This document shows, piece by piece, positions 1-10,250 of a DNA stretch of 64,000 bases; within the stretch, counting starts at the first letter, position 1, and each line of letters begins with the position of its first letter. The notes below the pieces were generated by a model. That model saw only the letters and a program-made list of their open reading frames with translations, was not told where the DNA came from and did not search any database. Made by a program: the position numbers and the translations under genes. This DNA is from Dehalococcoidia bacterium (GTDB lineage Bacteria; Chloroflexota; Dehalococcoidia; Plut-88900): assembly GCA_965197645.1 (NCBI GenBank), contig OZ240219.1, forward strand, positions 352,001-416,000. Direction: 5' to 3'.

Positions 1-755
1 TGCTCCACGTCCAGCCCCATGAACTCCAATGGAGCGGAGATGGCGACAACCCCGTCCAGCGACTCGGTAGCCGCCAGCTTCAGCGATGCAGTGCCTCCCA
101 TGCTGGCTCCCAGCAGAAACACCTGCTTAGCTCCACTGCTGCGTACGAAGTCCACCGCCGCTTTCGCATCTTTGCCGATTTCTTCGATGACCCTTTCGCC
201 CTCGGACACGCCGTAGCCCCGGAAGTCCAGTGTCAATGCGGTGTAGCCCTCGTCGGCGAGCACCTGGGCGAAGGGATACCAGCTGGTCTGGTCCGAGGGG
301 AACATGTGGAGCAAGACTACAAAGATATCACTATCCCCGAACCGACGGCCTCGCAGGAGCACCCCATCTTCCGAGGTAAAGGGTACATACACCTCGAGCG
401 ATACCGCACCCACCAGTCCCTCATCCATCGTCGTCGTGACGGTGGCGTTTCCCGATAAGACTCCCGTTGCCAGCCCGTTTTCGTCTACTGTGATCACCGA
501 TTCGTCGGAGCTGCTCCACGTAACACTAGTCGTCATGTCCACCCGGGTCTCATCGGCCAGCACACCTACTGCCGAGAGCTGAAGGGTCGAGTCCTCGTCT
601 AGTACGGGGTCCAGGGGCAATACTTCCAGCGAGACAATAGCTGGATCTTGGTCCGGGCTTGGGTAAACAGGCTGGCCCTTGTCCGAAGGCGAGCACGCAA
701 CCAGGAACGCCAGCAGGGTAATGGCCAGCGCGTGCGCGCCGAGTCTCCTACGCAC
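1..755 (-). CDS. Lipoprotein with Ig-like (Big_2-type) domain fused to alpha/beta hydrolase; runs off the window edge
   Basis: Not in ORF track; translated by hand from GTG at 755: MRRRLGAHALAITLLAFLVAC (lipobox), Ig-like segment ...VTWSSSDESVITVDENGLATG..., then LDFRGYGVSEG and nucleophile motif GASMG. Confidence 0.8.
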   Translation of the reverse strand, partial: MRRRLGAHALAITLLAFLVACSPSDKGQPVYPSPDQDPAIVSLEVLPLDPVLDEDSTLQLSAVGVLADETRVDMTTSVTWSSSDESVITVDENGLATGVLSGNATVTTTMDEGLVGAVSLEVYVPFTSEDGVLLRGRRFGDSDIFVVLLHMFPSDQTSWYPFAQVLADEGYTALTLDFRGYGVSEGERVIEEIGKDAKAAVDFVRSSGAKQVFLLGASMGGTASLKLAATESLDGVVAISAPLEFMGLDVE

Positions 756-769
756 TCTATCCAGGTGTT

Positions 770-1315
770 CTACTTGGCCGAACCCTTCTCCTCGTACCGG
801 GCTAGGACGAAGAGTAGAGAGCTAAGCCTATTAAGGTATCTGATAATCTGATCGTTGTGGATAAGGTCTTGCTCCTTGAGCTCGACCGCCCGCCTCTCCG
901 CCCGTCTGACGATGGTACGGGACATGTCCAACGCCGCCGCAGCGGGAGTGCCTCCGGGCATTATGAACTCGGTGGGCATCTCGACTCTAGAAGCGTAATC
1001 GTCGGTCACGTGTTCCAGCCGGTCGACCATCTCCGGGGTCACTACCCCGAAGTGTTTGAGGAGCTTGTCGTAGTGCTCTGCGGCGGTGGCCAGCTCCCCA
1101 CCCACGATGAAGGCCTCCTTCTGCAGGTCGAGAAGCAGCCGGCGCATCTCCTCGTCAGTGGAGAGGGAGCGGGCCAGCCCCATAGCGGATACGGTCTCAT
1201 CGAGGGTGCCATAGGCCTCGCAGTGGAGGTTGGCCTTGGAGACACGGCCGCCGTAGAGGAGGCCGGTCTCGCCGCTATCACCCCTTCGGGTGTACATTTT
1301 TGAGGATGCAGTCAT
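770..1315 (-). CDS. pduO: ATP:cob(I)alamin adenosyltransferase, PduO/MMAB type
   Basis: YTRRGDSGETGL, EAYGTLDE, SRTIVRRAER, YLNRLSSLLFVLAR motifs. Confidence 0.92.
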   Translation of the reverse strand: MTASSKMYTRRGDSGETGLLYGGRVSKANLHCEAYGTLDETVSAMGLARSLSTDEEMRRLLLDLQKEAFIVGGELATAAEHYDKLLKHFGVVTPEMVDRLEHVTDDYASRVEMPTEFIMPGGTPAAAALDMSRTIVRRAERRAVELKEQDLIHNDQIIRYLNRLSSLLFVLARYEEKGSAK

Positions 1316-1381
1316 GATGGCACCGGGCCAATTATACCAAGAGCGGGTTGGGCGTGTAATGAAAACGTACGCGGAGTGAGG

Positions 1382-2341
1382 TTAGACGCCGAGGCTGTCC
1401 CGCAGCTGCTCCAGCGAGATGTTGCCGCCGCTGAGGACCAGCACCACCTTGCGCCCTTGAATTCGGTCTCTCATGTTCAGGGCGGCAGCTAGAGCGGCAG
1501 CCCCCGCGCCTTCGGCCAGGTTGTGGGTCTTCTCCAGCATCAGCACGATGGCGCGACGGATCTCGTCTTCCGTGACCAGGACGAAATCGTCCAGCTGCTC
1601 CCTCATTATTACCTGGGGTATCTCGAAGGAGGTTCGTACCGCTATTCCCTCAGCAAAGGTCTCCATGGGAGACTCCACCAACCTGCCCTCTTTCCAGGAT
1701 AGGTAGGGCGATTGGGCCTTCTCGGAGCACACGCCGATTATCGTAATCTCAGGCTTGATGCTCTTGCAGGCCAAGAGCAGGCTGGATATCAGGCCTCCTC
1801 CGCCCACCGGTGCGATCAGGATGTCGGTCTCCGGCAGCTGTTCCAGTATCTCAAGCCCCAGGGTGGCTAGACCCGCTACGAAAAAGGGTTCCTCGGCATC
1901 GTTGAACAGATAGGAGCCGCGTTCCCGAGCGATCACCTCGATGTGGTCTCTGGCCTCGTCGTAGTCGCGGCCGTGTAGGATGAGCTCCGCGCCGAAGTTC
2001 CGGATCGCCTCGGCTTTGGAGGGGTTGGGGTTGGCGGGCAGTGCCACGGTGGCCTTCACCCCGAACATCCGCCCTGCGTAGGCCACCGCTTGCCCGAAAT
2101 TACCGGAGGAGGAGACGATCACACCCTTGCTCCGTCGCTCCGCGTCCAGGTTGGCAATGGCGTTGATTCCGCCCCGTATCTTGAACGATCCGATGGGGGT
2201 GTGGTTCTCGTGTTTGACATAGACCTGGGCATCGAGAAGCTGACTCAGCCCCGTGTACTCGTGGAGGGGCGTGATCGGTAGGTACCGCCTCAGCAATCTC
2301 CGGGCGGCGAACACGTCTGCGAGGGTGGTGTTGGGATGCAT
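1382..2341 (-). CDS. PLP-dependent threonine/serine dehydratase family protein
   Basis: SFKIRG (PLP Lys), SSGNFG, PVGGGGL, LSGGN; no regulatory ACT domain. Confidence 0.9.
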   Translation of the reverse strand: MHPNTTLADVFAARRLLRRYLPITPLHEYTGLSQLLDAQVYVKHENHTPIGSFKIRGGINAIANLDAERRSKGVIVSSSGNFGQAVAYAGRMFGVKATVALPANPNPSKAEAIRNFGAELILHGRDYDEARDHIEVIARERGSYLFNDAEEPFFVAGLATLGLEILEQLPETDILIAPVGGGGLISSLLLACKSIKPEITIIGVCSEKAQSPYLSWKEGRLVESPMETFAEGIAVRTSFEIPQVIMREQLDDFVLVTEDEIRRAIVLMLEKTHNLAEGAGAAALAAALNMRDRIQGRKVVLVLSGGNISLEQLRDSLGV

Positions 2342-2352
2342 ATGAATCGTTC

Positions 2353-3609
2353 CTAGTGGGGGACCAGCCGCTCGTCGTAGGGCGCCTGGGAGATCACTAG
2401 AGGGCCGTCTGCTGTAACGATGAGCTGCTCCTCCAGCTTCACCTGCTCCCGGCCGCCGCTCCTCCCGAAGCTGGCCTCCATGGACATCACCATGTTCTCT
2501 TGCAGCACTCCCTCGTAGTTGGTCCCGCCGTCAGGCCTATCGTCATTCAGGAAGAATATCCCCGGCCACTCGTCGGACATGCCATCGCCGTGAGCGATCA
2601 GCGGATACCTGTTGGCCTGATACTCTTCGGGCACCTCAGGCACCTTTTCGGCAAACTCTTGGAATGAGACTCCCGGCTGGAACAGAGGCAGCGATTGTTG
2701 GATGAAATCGTAGGCCCGGTGATAGGCGTCCAGCTGTTCTTCGTTGGGCTTGCCGTCGCCGCACAGGTAGGTGCGAGATATATCGGCGAAATAGCCCATG
2801 GGGCCCACCATATCCGTGTCCATGCCGACGAGATCGCCTGGCCGGATGATCCTATCGCTGGAGTTTCTCTTCAGCCAGGGATTGGTGTTGCCTCCCGCCG
2901 TCAGCTGTTTGTCGTCTATCCGCTCTCCGCCGTACCTCAGGTTGGTGTACATCAGGACGGCGAACATATCGTCCTCGGTAACGCCGGGCTCTATGGCCTG
3001 CTGTACCTCCCACAGCGACACGTCGGCTATGGCGCAGGCCTGCTTGATTAGGGCTATCTCATCGACGGTCTTCACCGCGCGGGCCATGCTCAACGGCTCG
3101 AGGGCGTCGTCCAGCCGGACGCCGTTATCTTCGAGGGCATGCATAGTGAGGGCGTCGAGACGATCGACACCCACCTTCTCGTTGGCCGCACCCATCTCCT
3201 CGAGACTGGCCTTCAGCTCCGCGGCCCATTGCTTGATGTTGCCCCGGGTGTGGCTGCCGGTGGACCAGAACTCGATGGAGATGGCGTGCCGCCGGTGGAT
3301 GTCGTCTCCGAGCACCACGTCCTCCAACTCGTTGCCGTTGAACAGGATTGGCTTGCCTTCCACCGGCACCAGTGCGTGGCGGGCCTTGAACCGGAGGCCG
3401 AAGTTCTCCATGAGCCGTGTGCCGGTAGCATACCGGACGTTGGTAGGATCGAAGAGGAGCACCGAGCCCAGGTCCTGCTTGGCCATCTCGGCCTGCAGCC
3501 TTTGGATCCGCTCTCTCCGCAGCCGTTCGATGTCGACCCGCTCTTCAAAGTCGACAGCGTGGACGCCCAGTAGGTCCTTCTGGTGTATGCCGTTGACGTC
3601 TTCAGCCAT
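2353..3609 (-). CDS. M24 family metalloenzyme, DddP (DMSP lyase)-like
   Basis: LLFDPTNVRYAT, GGNTNPW, DTD..ADISRT, YPLIAHGDGMSDEWP, E-x14-E; start moved to ATG 3609 behind GGAGG. Confidence 0.82.
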   Translation of the reverse strand: MAEDVNGIHQKDLLGVHAVDFEERVDIERLRRERIQRLQAEMAKQDLGSVLLFDPTNVRYATGTRLMENFGLRFKARHALVPVEGKPILFNGNELEDVVLGDDIHRRHAISIEFWSTGSHTRGNIKQWAAELKASLEEMGAANEKVGVDRLDALTMHALEDNGVRLDDALEPLSMARAVKTVDEIALIKQACAIADVSLWEVQQAIEPGVTEDDMFAVLMYTNLRYGGERIDDKQLTAGGNTNPWLKRNSSDRIIRPGDLVGMDTDMVGPMGYFADISRTYLCGDGKPNEEQLDAYHRAYDFIQQSLPLFQPGVSFQEFAEKVPEVPEEYQANRYPLIAHGDGMSDEWPGIFFLNDDRPDGGTNYEGVLQENMVMSMEASFGRSGGREQVKLEEQLIVTADGPLVISQAPYDERLVPH

Positions 3610-3797
3610 TTGAAGCCTCCAATGGGGAACATCGGGACAAAACCATACGACCTTCTCTGTTATAAGATTCGGGGACGGGCCCCGGGTTGCATCCGCGCGG
3701 CCCACCGTCATACCTGCCATTCAACGGAGAATCCCTGAACCCGTTCAGTAACGGGCCTGTTCAGGACATTTCTAGTTCATGGGCCCTGCTCATCAGC

Positions 3798-4916
3798 CTA
3801 GTTCATCGGAAAGTTGTACAGCCGCGCCGCGTTTTCGAAAACTATCTTCCTCTTCTGCTCTTCCGGCACGTCCTTGAACTGGCGCTCTATGGCTTCCTGG
3901 CTGTGGGGAAAGGTGCCCTCGTCGTGGGGATAGTCGCTGCCCCACATCAGACAGTCGTCGCCGGTGAGGCCTATGTTGTTGATGCCCGCCTCGTCATCCT
4001 GGAAGGTGAAGCGCACCTGCCGCTTGATCTGCTCGCTGGGCAGCGTTTCCGATTCCTTCTGACCGAACTGCCTGCCTATATCGGTCATCTGGTCTATCCG
4101 GTTGAACAGCCAGGCCAACCATCCGATATCACACTCGACGAACGCTATGGGCATACCAGGGTGACGCTCCAACATACCGCTTCCCACGATGGTGCACAGC
4201 GTCTCCATCGGTTCTATGGAGATGCTGACCGCGCCGAAAAGGGTTACATTCAAGCTCTGGATCGAGTGCCAGTCGTCGGTCTCAGGCTTGCTGATGGTAC
4301 TGACGTGGAAGCTCACCGGCACGTGGGCCTCTTCCAGAGTACTCCAGAGAGGCTCGAAGGAGGGATCGGTGTACGGCCTCTCGGGCACTCCGAGGGGCAG
4401 CAGCGCCGCTCTGTATCCCAGCTTGACTACTCGCTGGACCTCCTCCACCGCGGCATCAACGTCCGAAGTTGGGATTAGCCCAACGGGAACGAACTTATCG
4501 GTGTACTCACCGAATATCTCGGCGTAGTAGTCGTTGTAGGTACTGCAAATCGCCGTCTGATAGACGGGATCGGGGGAGGTGAAGGCCCGAAAGATGCCCT
4601 GGGGATAGATCACCTCGGCGCTTATGCCGTCCTCTTGCAGGTCTGCCAGCCGAATCGGGATGTCCAGTCCGGCCTCCCGCCCGTAACCCGCCGTAAGCTC
4701 CTCACCACCCCTGAACTCCCGCCTCTTGGCCTCCTCCGTCAGAGGGATGGAGGAGTCCATCGGCCTGGGAACCGAGCCTTCGGCTACCCAGTATCTTTTT
4801 CCGTCGATAACCTCGGTGTGAGGAGCTCTGTCCCGGAACTCCGCCGGCATCCGGTCCCGGATATTGTCGGGTTCGCTGGCGTGGGAGTCCGCTGAGATCA
4901 CCTTGAGCTCTGCCAT
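3798..4916 (-). CDS. Amidohydrolase_2 family protein
   Basis: SADSH, FHV, ECDIGW, WGSDYPHDEGTFP. Confidence 0.9.
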   Translation of the reverse strand: MAELKVISADSHASEPDNIRDRMPAEFRDRAPHTEVIDGKRYWVAEGSVPRPMDSSIPLTEEAKRREFRGGEELTAGYGREAGLDIPIRLADLQEDGISAEVIYPQGIFRAFTSPDPVYQTAICSTYNDYYAEIFGEYTDKFVPVGLIPTSDVDAAVEEVQRVVKLGYRAALLPLGVPERPYTDPSFEPLWSTLEEAHVPVSFHVSTISKPETDDWHSIQSLNVTLFGAVSISIEPMETLCTIVGSGMLERHPGMPIAFVECDIGWLAWLFNRIDQMTDIGRQFGQKESETLPSEQIKRQVRFTFQDDEAGINNIGLTGDDCLMWGSDYPHDEGTFPHSQEAIERQFKDVPEEQKRKIVFENAARLYNFPMN

Positions 4917-4931
4917 GACATCACTCCTTGG

Positions 4932-6203
4932 CTAGCCGAAAAAGCGCCCGTCGTAAGGGGCTTTGGAAAGGAGCTCGGGGCCATCCTTGGTTATCAGCAC
5001 CTGCTCCTCCAGCTTGACGCTCTCCCGTGCCCCCTCCTTGCTCGCCAGCCCCTCGATGCACATCACCATCCCCTCTTCCAGCACATCGGGATCGTTGCCG
5101 AACCCGCTCCAGCTGGCGTCGGGCCAGTAGATGGTGGGCCACTCGTCGGACATTCCCGCGCCGTGGGAGATCATCGGGTAGCGCTGGTTCTTGTACTCTT
5201 CGGGATACTCGGGACACTTCTCGGCGATCTCCTGGAACTCCACGCCCGGCACGAACAGGGGCATCGACTCGTATATGAAATTGTAGCCGAGCTTGTAAGC
5301 CTCAAGCTGCTCGGCGTTGGGCTTGTAGACCGAGTTGTCGCCGTAGGGGCAGAGGTAGGTCCGCGAGAAGTCGGCGAAGTAGCCCATAGGCCCGGCCATA
5401 TCGGTATCGTAGGCCACCAGGTCTCCCGGCCGGACTATCCGGTCGCTGGCGGAGCCGGTCCAGGGGTTGGTGTTGCCTCCGGCGGTGAGCAGCCTGGCGT
5501 CCATGTGCTCGCCGCCGTAGGCTATGTTGGTAGCCGTCAGGACGGAGAACAGCTCCTCCTCGGTTACACCCGGCTTGATGGCGTCCCTGGTCTTGGTAAT
5601 GGCGATGTCCGCCACCGCGCACGCCTGCTTTACCAGCGATATCTCGTCCACGGTCTTGATGGCCCTGGCCCTCTCCAACGGTATCCGGCCGTCGGCTAGC
5701 GGGATCTCCTGGGCCCGGAGAGATTCCATGCTGTAGAAGTCCAGCTTATCGAAGCCCAACCGCTCGCCGGCTATGCCCAGCTTGTTCATTATCTCCTTCA
5801 CGTCCTCACCCCACAGGCGGGCGGCCTCCTCCACGTTTCGACCACAGGGGAAGAAATCCCAGAACGCGCCCTTCTTCCTTCGCCACCCGGCCTCCGGCCA
5901 TCCGCCGTTGTAGTCCACCGGCGATTCGTCCAGGCTCTCGCTGGAGACGTGGGGCTGCCCCTCCTGGGGCACGATGGCGTAGTCCAGCATGAATCTCATG
6001 GAGAACACCCCGGCGTTTCGAACTGCCGTGGCATACCTTATGTTGACGGGATCAAACAGGAGCAGTCCCCCGAGGTTTGCCTTGGCCATCTGGGCCTGGA
6101 GACGTTCCAGTCGTTCCCTTTTGAGACGGGACATGTCCACCCGCTCATCGAAGTCCACGATGTTCTGGCCCAACAGATCGCGCTCGTGACCTAACTTGAC
6201 CAT
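4932..6203 (-). CDS. Second DddP-like M24 family metalloenzyme
   Basis: Paralog of 2353..3609: LLFDPVNIRYAT, GGNTNPW, YDTD..FADFSRT, YPMISHGAGMSDEWP, VKLEEQ. Confidence 0.82.
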   Translation of the reverse strand: MVKLGHERDLLGQNIVDFDERVDMSRLKRERLERLQAQMAKANLGGLLLFDPVNIRYATAVRNAGVFSMRFMLDYAIVPQEGQPHVSSESLDESPVDYNGGWPEAGWRRKKGAFWDFFPCGRNVEEAARLWGEDVKEIMNKLGIAGERLGFDKLDFYSMESLRAQEIPLADGRIPLERARAIKTVDEISLVKQACAVADIAITKTRDAIKPGVTEEELFSVLTATNIAYGGEHMDARLLTAGGNTNPWTGSASDRIVRPGDLVAYDTDMAGPMGYFADFSRTYLCPYGDNSVYKPNAEQLEAYKLGYNFIYESMPLFVPGVEFQEIAEKCPEYPEEYKNQRYPMISHGAGMSDEWPTIYWPDASWSGFGNDPDVLEEGMVMCIEGLASKEGARESVKLEEQVLITKDGPELLSKAPYDGRFFG

Positions 6204-6278
6204 AGAGCTACCTCCCTCGGGTTAAAGGTATTCCTGGGAGTCGAGAACGGGGTCATTATACCCGTACCTCAGGCACGC

Positions 6279-8249
6279 CTACAACTCCACGCCCACCTCA
6301 TGGCCCTCCACCGTAGCCACTTCTATGTCCCTGGGTTGAAAGCTATCTCCGATGTGACGCAGCTCTTCCACCACGCCTCTGAGCCGGTGGTAGAGCCCGT
6401 CTTCAGCCACCCCTCCGGCAGCGAGGACAACCGTGTCCACGTTGCGGATGTACCTGGGCTCCCAGGTTACGGTGTTGTATACGTACAACGAGTCCTCCAG
6501 CACCTCGAACACGCCGGTAAAGGGGGTCAGGACCACACCCCTTTTCATCAGGTTTTCGGTCATGTGGTGCCACACCGGCGGCGGAATCTCCCGCCCGACA
6601 TACTGCAGTCCCGTGACGATCTCCACCTGCTTTCCCATCTCCGCCAGGTACTCTCCGACCACGGAGCCTTCGGGTCTGCCCTGGGTGTCCACAACGACTA
6701 CCCTATCCCCCATCTCGGCCGTGCCCGTGAGCACGTCCCAAGTGCTTACCACGTTCCTCCCATCTATCCCGGGAATCGAAGGACGGTAAGGGGTGGAGCC
6801 GGTGGCGATGATCACCGAGTCCGGCTTCTCCGCCAGGACGTCGTCTACGTCGGCTTCACAAGAGGTCCTTACTTCGACGCCCAGCTTGGGCAGCTGCCGC
6901 TCGAAGAAGAGAATGATCTCCTCGAAGCTGTCGCGCTTGGGTGTCTTCATCACCAGGTTTATCTGTCCTCCAAGCCGCTTCGCCTTCTCGAACAACACGA
7001 CGTGGTGACCCCGCTCTGCGGCTACCCGGGCCGCCTCCATCCCCGCCGGTCCTCCTCCTACAACCACCACCTTCTTCCTCTCGACGGCCGGCGCTACCTC
7101 CGCCCACTCCCGCTCTCTGCCGGTGACCGGATTGTAGATGCAGCTCACACCAAGGCCGAGATAGACGTGACCCGCACAGCTCTGCGTGCAACCGATGCAG
7201 TAGCGGATGTCTTCGGCCCGGCCCTCCTTGGCCTTGTTGGGCAGATGGGGGTCGGCTATCAGGGCCTTCACCATGCCGACCAGGTCCATCTTGCCCTCTA
7301 CAAGTATCTGCTCCGCCGTGGCCGGCGAGTCTATCCGCCCCACTCCTATCACAGGCAAGCTTACGACCTCCTTGACCCCGGCGGCCAGGTAGGCGAACTG
7401 GCCCGGCTCGTAGTAGTGGGGGGCCCAGTGGACACGGCCGCTTCGCAGGTCGGCCACGGCGCCCAGCCACACGTTGAAATAGTCCAGCATTCCAGTGGAC
7501 TCCAGCAACGGGGCTATGAACTTGAGATCGTCCAGGTCCAGGCTGTAGTCAACGCGATCATCGTACATACGGACGCCTAGCAGCAGGTCCGGCCCCAGAG
7601 CCTTGCGCACCGTATCCATGATCTCATAGAGGAAGGTCATCCGTTCCTCCAGGGTATTGCCGCCGTACCTGTCGGTGCGAAGGTTGCTCGACTCAGCTAG
7701 GAACTGGGCGACGAGATAACCCATTCCCACGGTGATCTCCACCCCGTCCATCCCACCTTCCCGCGCCCGGCGCGCCGCTGCAGCAAAGGCTCTCACGATA
7801 CCTTCCACCTCCTCGGTCTCGAGAACGTGGGGCATCAGCTGGGGAGCAGAGCTATCGGGCGCGGGCGCCGCGGAGGGCGCTACCAGGGGCCTTCCGAGGA
7901 ATCCGGCCGCGTCGGGGATGGACCTGCCCCTGTGACCCAGCTGGGCAAGGACCGGCACGTCGAACTCGTGGGCCGCCTCCGCAAACTCCCTGTACTTGGG
8001 GATGATGCGATCATCGTAGTTGGTCAGGGACATGGTCAGGTCCCCGTCTCGATACACCACCGTGTGGCCGGTGACTATCATCCCCACCCCACCCTTCGCC
8101 CGCTCCCGAACGTAGTCTATGTAGCGGTAGGTGGGCATCCCCTCGCTGGTCTGGAAGTGGGCCGCGTGCCCCGTATTGACTATCCGGTTCTTGAGGGTGT
8201 ACTTGCCCACTTTGAGGGGGCTGAATAAGTGGGGAAAGGGCTGAGACAT
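6279..8249 (-). CDS. Old-yellow-enzyme TIM barrel/4Fe-4S/FAD oxidoreductase (FadH/DgcA/TMADH-like architecture)
   Basis: LFSPLKVG..LKNRIV, ERAKGGVG, NLRTDRYGG, CIGCTQSC...C, GGGPAGMEAA. Confidence 0.9.
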   Translation of the reverse strand: MSQPFPHLFSPLKVGKYTLKNRIVNTGHAAHFQTSEGMPTYRYIDYVRERAKGGVGMIVTGHTVVYRDGDLTMSLTNYDDRIIPKYREFAEAAHEFDVPVLAQLGHRGRSIPDAAGFLGRPLVAPSAAPAPDSSAPQLMPHVLETEEVEGIVRAFAAAARRAREGGMDGVEITVGMGYLVAQFLAESSNLRTDRYGGNTLEERMTFLYEIMDTVRKALGPDLLLGVRMYDDRVDYSLDLDDLKFIAPLLESTGMLDYFNVWLGAVADLRSGRVHWAPHYYEPGQFAYLAAGVKEVVSLPVIGVGRIDSPATAEQILVEGKMDLVGMVKALIADPHLPNKAKEGRAEDIRYCIGCTQSCAGHVYLGLGVSCIYNPVTGREREWAEVAPAVERKKVVVVGGGPAGMEAARVAAERGHHVVLFEKAKRLGGQINLVMKTPKRDSFEEIILFFERQLPKLGVEVRTSCEADVDDVLAEKPDSVIIATGSTPYRPSIPGIDGRNVVSTWDVLTGTAEMGDRVVVVDTQGRPEGSVVGEYLAEMGKQVEIVTGLQYVGREIPPPVWHHMTENLMKRGVVLTPFTGVFEVLEDSLYVYNTVTWEPRYIRNVDTVVLAAGGVAEDGLYHRLRGVVEELRHIGDSFQPRDIEVATVEGHEVGVEL

Positions 8250-8262
8250 GACTCACCTCTGT

Positions 8263-9453
8263 TTAGTGAATGCCGATCTCGCCGAACAGCCAGGCAGAGG
8301 GCAAGGGCCAGCCCTCTTGGAAGCGCCTGGAGGTGAAGATGGAGACGTCTATCAGGCTGGTCTCCCCCTCGACAATCAGCTCCGCCATCAGCTCGCCGGC
8401 CACCGGGGCCTGCTGCATACCAAGCCCTCCCCACCCCACCAGGTTGTAGAACCCCTCGACCTCTTCCGATTGCTCGATGATTGGGGACTCGTCGGGCGTG
8501 ATATCGTAGGCACACGAGTAACCACCCCTATATGACGCTCTCTCCAGGGCCGGGAACGTTCGACGGCCCTTGGCCAACGCCTTGACCAGGATCTCCTCGT
8601 CGGCGTCCTCGGGCATCGTGTCCGGGTCCACGATTTCCGGCTCCAGGATCTCCAGCGTGTCGACCGTATTGATCAGGTTGTCCGGCTCGCATCTGAAGAT
8701 GTAATCGGTGCGGCCATCGTGAAATATGGGCGTGAACGGGGGTAGGTCCCAGGGCAGCCGGAGAATCACCCCCTGGCCCCGTGTGGGTTGGATGGGAATT
8801 TCGATCCCCACCATTTGGCCGATTTGAGCTCCCCATATGCCGGCGCAGTTGACTACCGTAGGCGTAGATATCGACCCCTGTTTTGTCCTCACCGAGCGAA
8901 CCTTACCCATCGCCGACTCGATACCGGTGACCCCCGTCTCTTCGAAGATTAACGCACCCAACTCCCTTGCCCTATTGGCGTAGGCCACGGTCACTGCACC
9001 GGGGTTGCTATAGCCGGCGTCGGGGAAGTGCGCTGCGATACCCAGGCCATCGGCATTCAGGCCGGGCATCATCGTCGCCAGGTCCTGGATGGAGATGAAC
9101 TCGGCCTTGATCCCTACCTTTTGCGACAGGGCAACGGCCTGCTCGATGACGGGTCTCTTGGAATGCGGTTCGGCCCACACCCGGCCCAGCTTCCGGAAAT
9201 CGATGTCTCCTCCAACCACATCGTCGAAGTTCAGGTAGATGTCGTTGGCCTTCTTGATGATTCGAACCGTCTCCTCAACGGCATGGTAGGGCCGGACGTT
9301 GGCCAGCGACTTGCCGGTGGGGCCGCCGGCCAGGTAGCCTTTCTCCAGCAATACCACCTTCTTTACGCCCAGCTTGGCCAAGTGATAGGCGGTGCTTGCC
9401 CCCATGACCCCTCCACCTATGATCACCACTTCGGCCGTTTTGGGAAGCTCCAT
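8263..9453 (-). CDS. FAD-dependent amine oxidoreductase (DAO/sarcosine oxidase beta-like)
   Basis: IIGGGVMGASTAYHLA, VVNCAGIW, YDITPDESPII, GWGGLG; start at MELPKTAEV. Confidence 0.88.
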   Translation of the reverse strand: MELPKTAEVVIIGGGVMGASTAYHLAKLGVKKVVLLEKGYLAGGPTGKSLANVRPYHAVEETVRIIKKANDIYLNFDDVVGGDIDFRKLGRVWAEPHSKRPVIEQAVALSQKVGIKAEFISIQDLATMMPGLNADGLGIAAHFPDAGYSNPGAVTVAYANRARELGALIFEETGVTGIESAMGKVRSVRTKQGSISTPTVVNCAGIWGAQIGQMVGIEIPIQPTRGQGVILRLPWDLPPFTPIFHDGRTDYIFRCEPDNLINTVDTLEILEPEIVDPDTMPEDADEEILVKALAKGRRTFPALERASYRGGYSCAYDITPDESPIIEQSEEVEGFYNLVGWGGLGMQQAPVAGELMAELIVEGETSLIDVSIFTSRRFQEGWPLPSAWLFGEIGIH

Positions 9454-9590
9454 TGCAGGTCCTTTGCTATACGGGAGTTCGAGGGCAAGATATAGCCCTC
9501 GAGTCAATTTCGTCAAGCGGCTAGAAGTGGCTGGACCAGCGACCCATGTGGTAACGTTACCGGCGCTATCTGCACCTGAGGAGGAACAAC

Positions 9591-10250
9591 TTGAAACTCG
9601 ATCTAGCATCAGTCGACCACGTGCTCAATACCACCCGGTCCGTCCGCAAGCGCCTCGACTTCACCCGACGCGTCGAGCCCGAGGTGATCGAAGAGTGTCT
9701 GGACATCGCCATCCAGGCACCCACCGGCTCAAACCGGCAGGAGTGGTTCTTCATGGTGATTACGGACGAAGAAAAACGCCGCTCCATCTCCGAGCTGTAC
9801 AAGAAGGGGTTCTTCGCCTACATCACGCCCGAGACCGACATCGGGTCGGACTTCCCTGCCGATGATCCCCGCACCGAGCAGTCGACTCGGGTACGAGACT
9901 CCGCCATCTACCTCGCCGATAACATGCACCGGGCGCCGGTGTTCATCATCACGTGCATCGAAGGGCGCGTATCGGGCGGCAACGAGTCGGCCGCGGGGTT
10001 GATGGGCTCGATCTTGCCGGCCACATGGTCGTTGATGCTGGCCCTGCGATCCCGGGGTCTGGGCTCCGCCTGGACCACTCTCCACCTGCCCTACGAGCAG
10101 GAGACCGCCGAAATCCTAGGCATCCCGGACACCGTCAGCCAAGCGGCCCTCTTGCCCGTGGCCTACTTCACCGGTGAGGACTTCAAACCCGCCAGGCGTA
10201 TTCCCGCCAGAGAGGTGACCTACTGGGACTCGTGGGGAGCCAAGCGCTAG
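9591..10250 (+). CDS. Nitroreductase family protein
   Basis: TTRSVRKRL, QAPTGSNRQEW, LALRSRGLGSAWT; TTG start behind GAGGAGG. Confidence 0.9.
   Translation: MKLDLASVDHVLNTTRSVRKRLDFTRRVEPEVIEECLDIAIQAPTGSNRQEWFFMVITDEEKRRSISELYKKGFFAYITPETDIGSDFPADDPRTEQSTRVRDSAIYLADNMHRAPVFIITCIEGRVSGGNESAAGLMGSILPATWSLMLALRSRGLGSAWTTLHLPYEQETAEILGIPDTVSQAALLPVAYFTGEDFKPARRIPAREVTYWDSWGAKR

Noticed and set aside
6300-7580. Long antisense ORFs (also 13062..14288, 33022..33999, 36990..38063, 40092..41396, 52541..53731)
   Set aside because: Shadows of well-supported genes on the opposite strand in GC-rich DNA; no recognisable motifs
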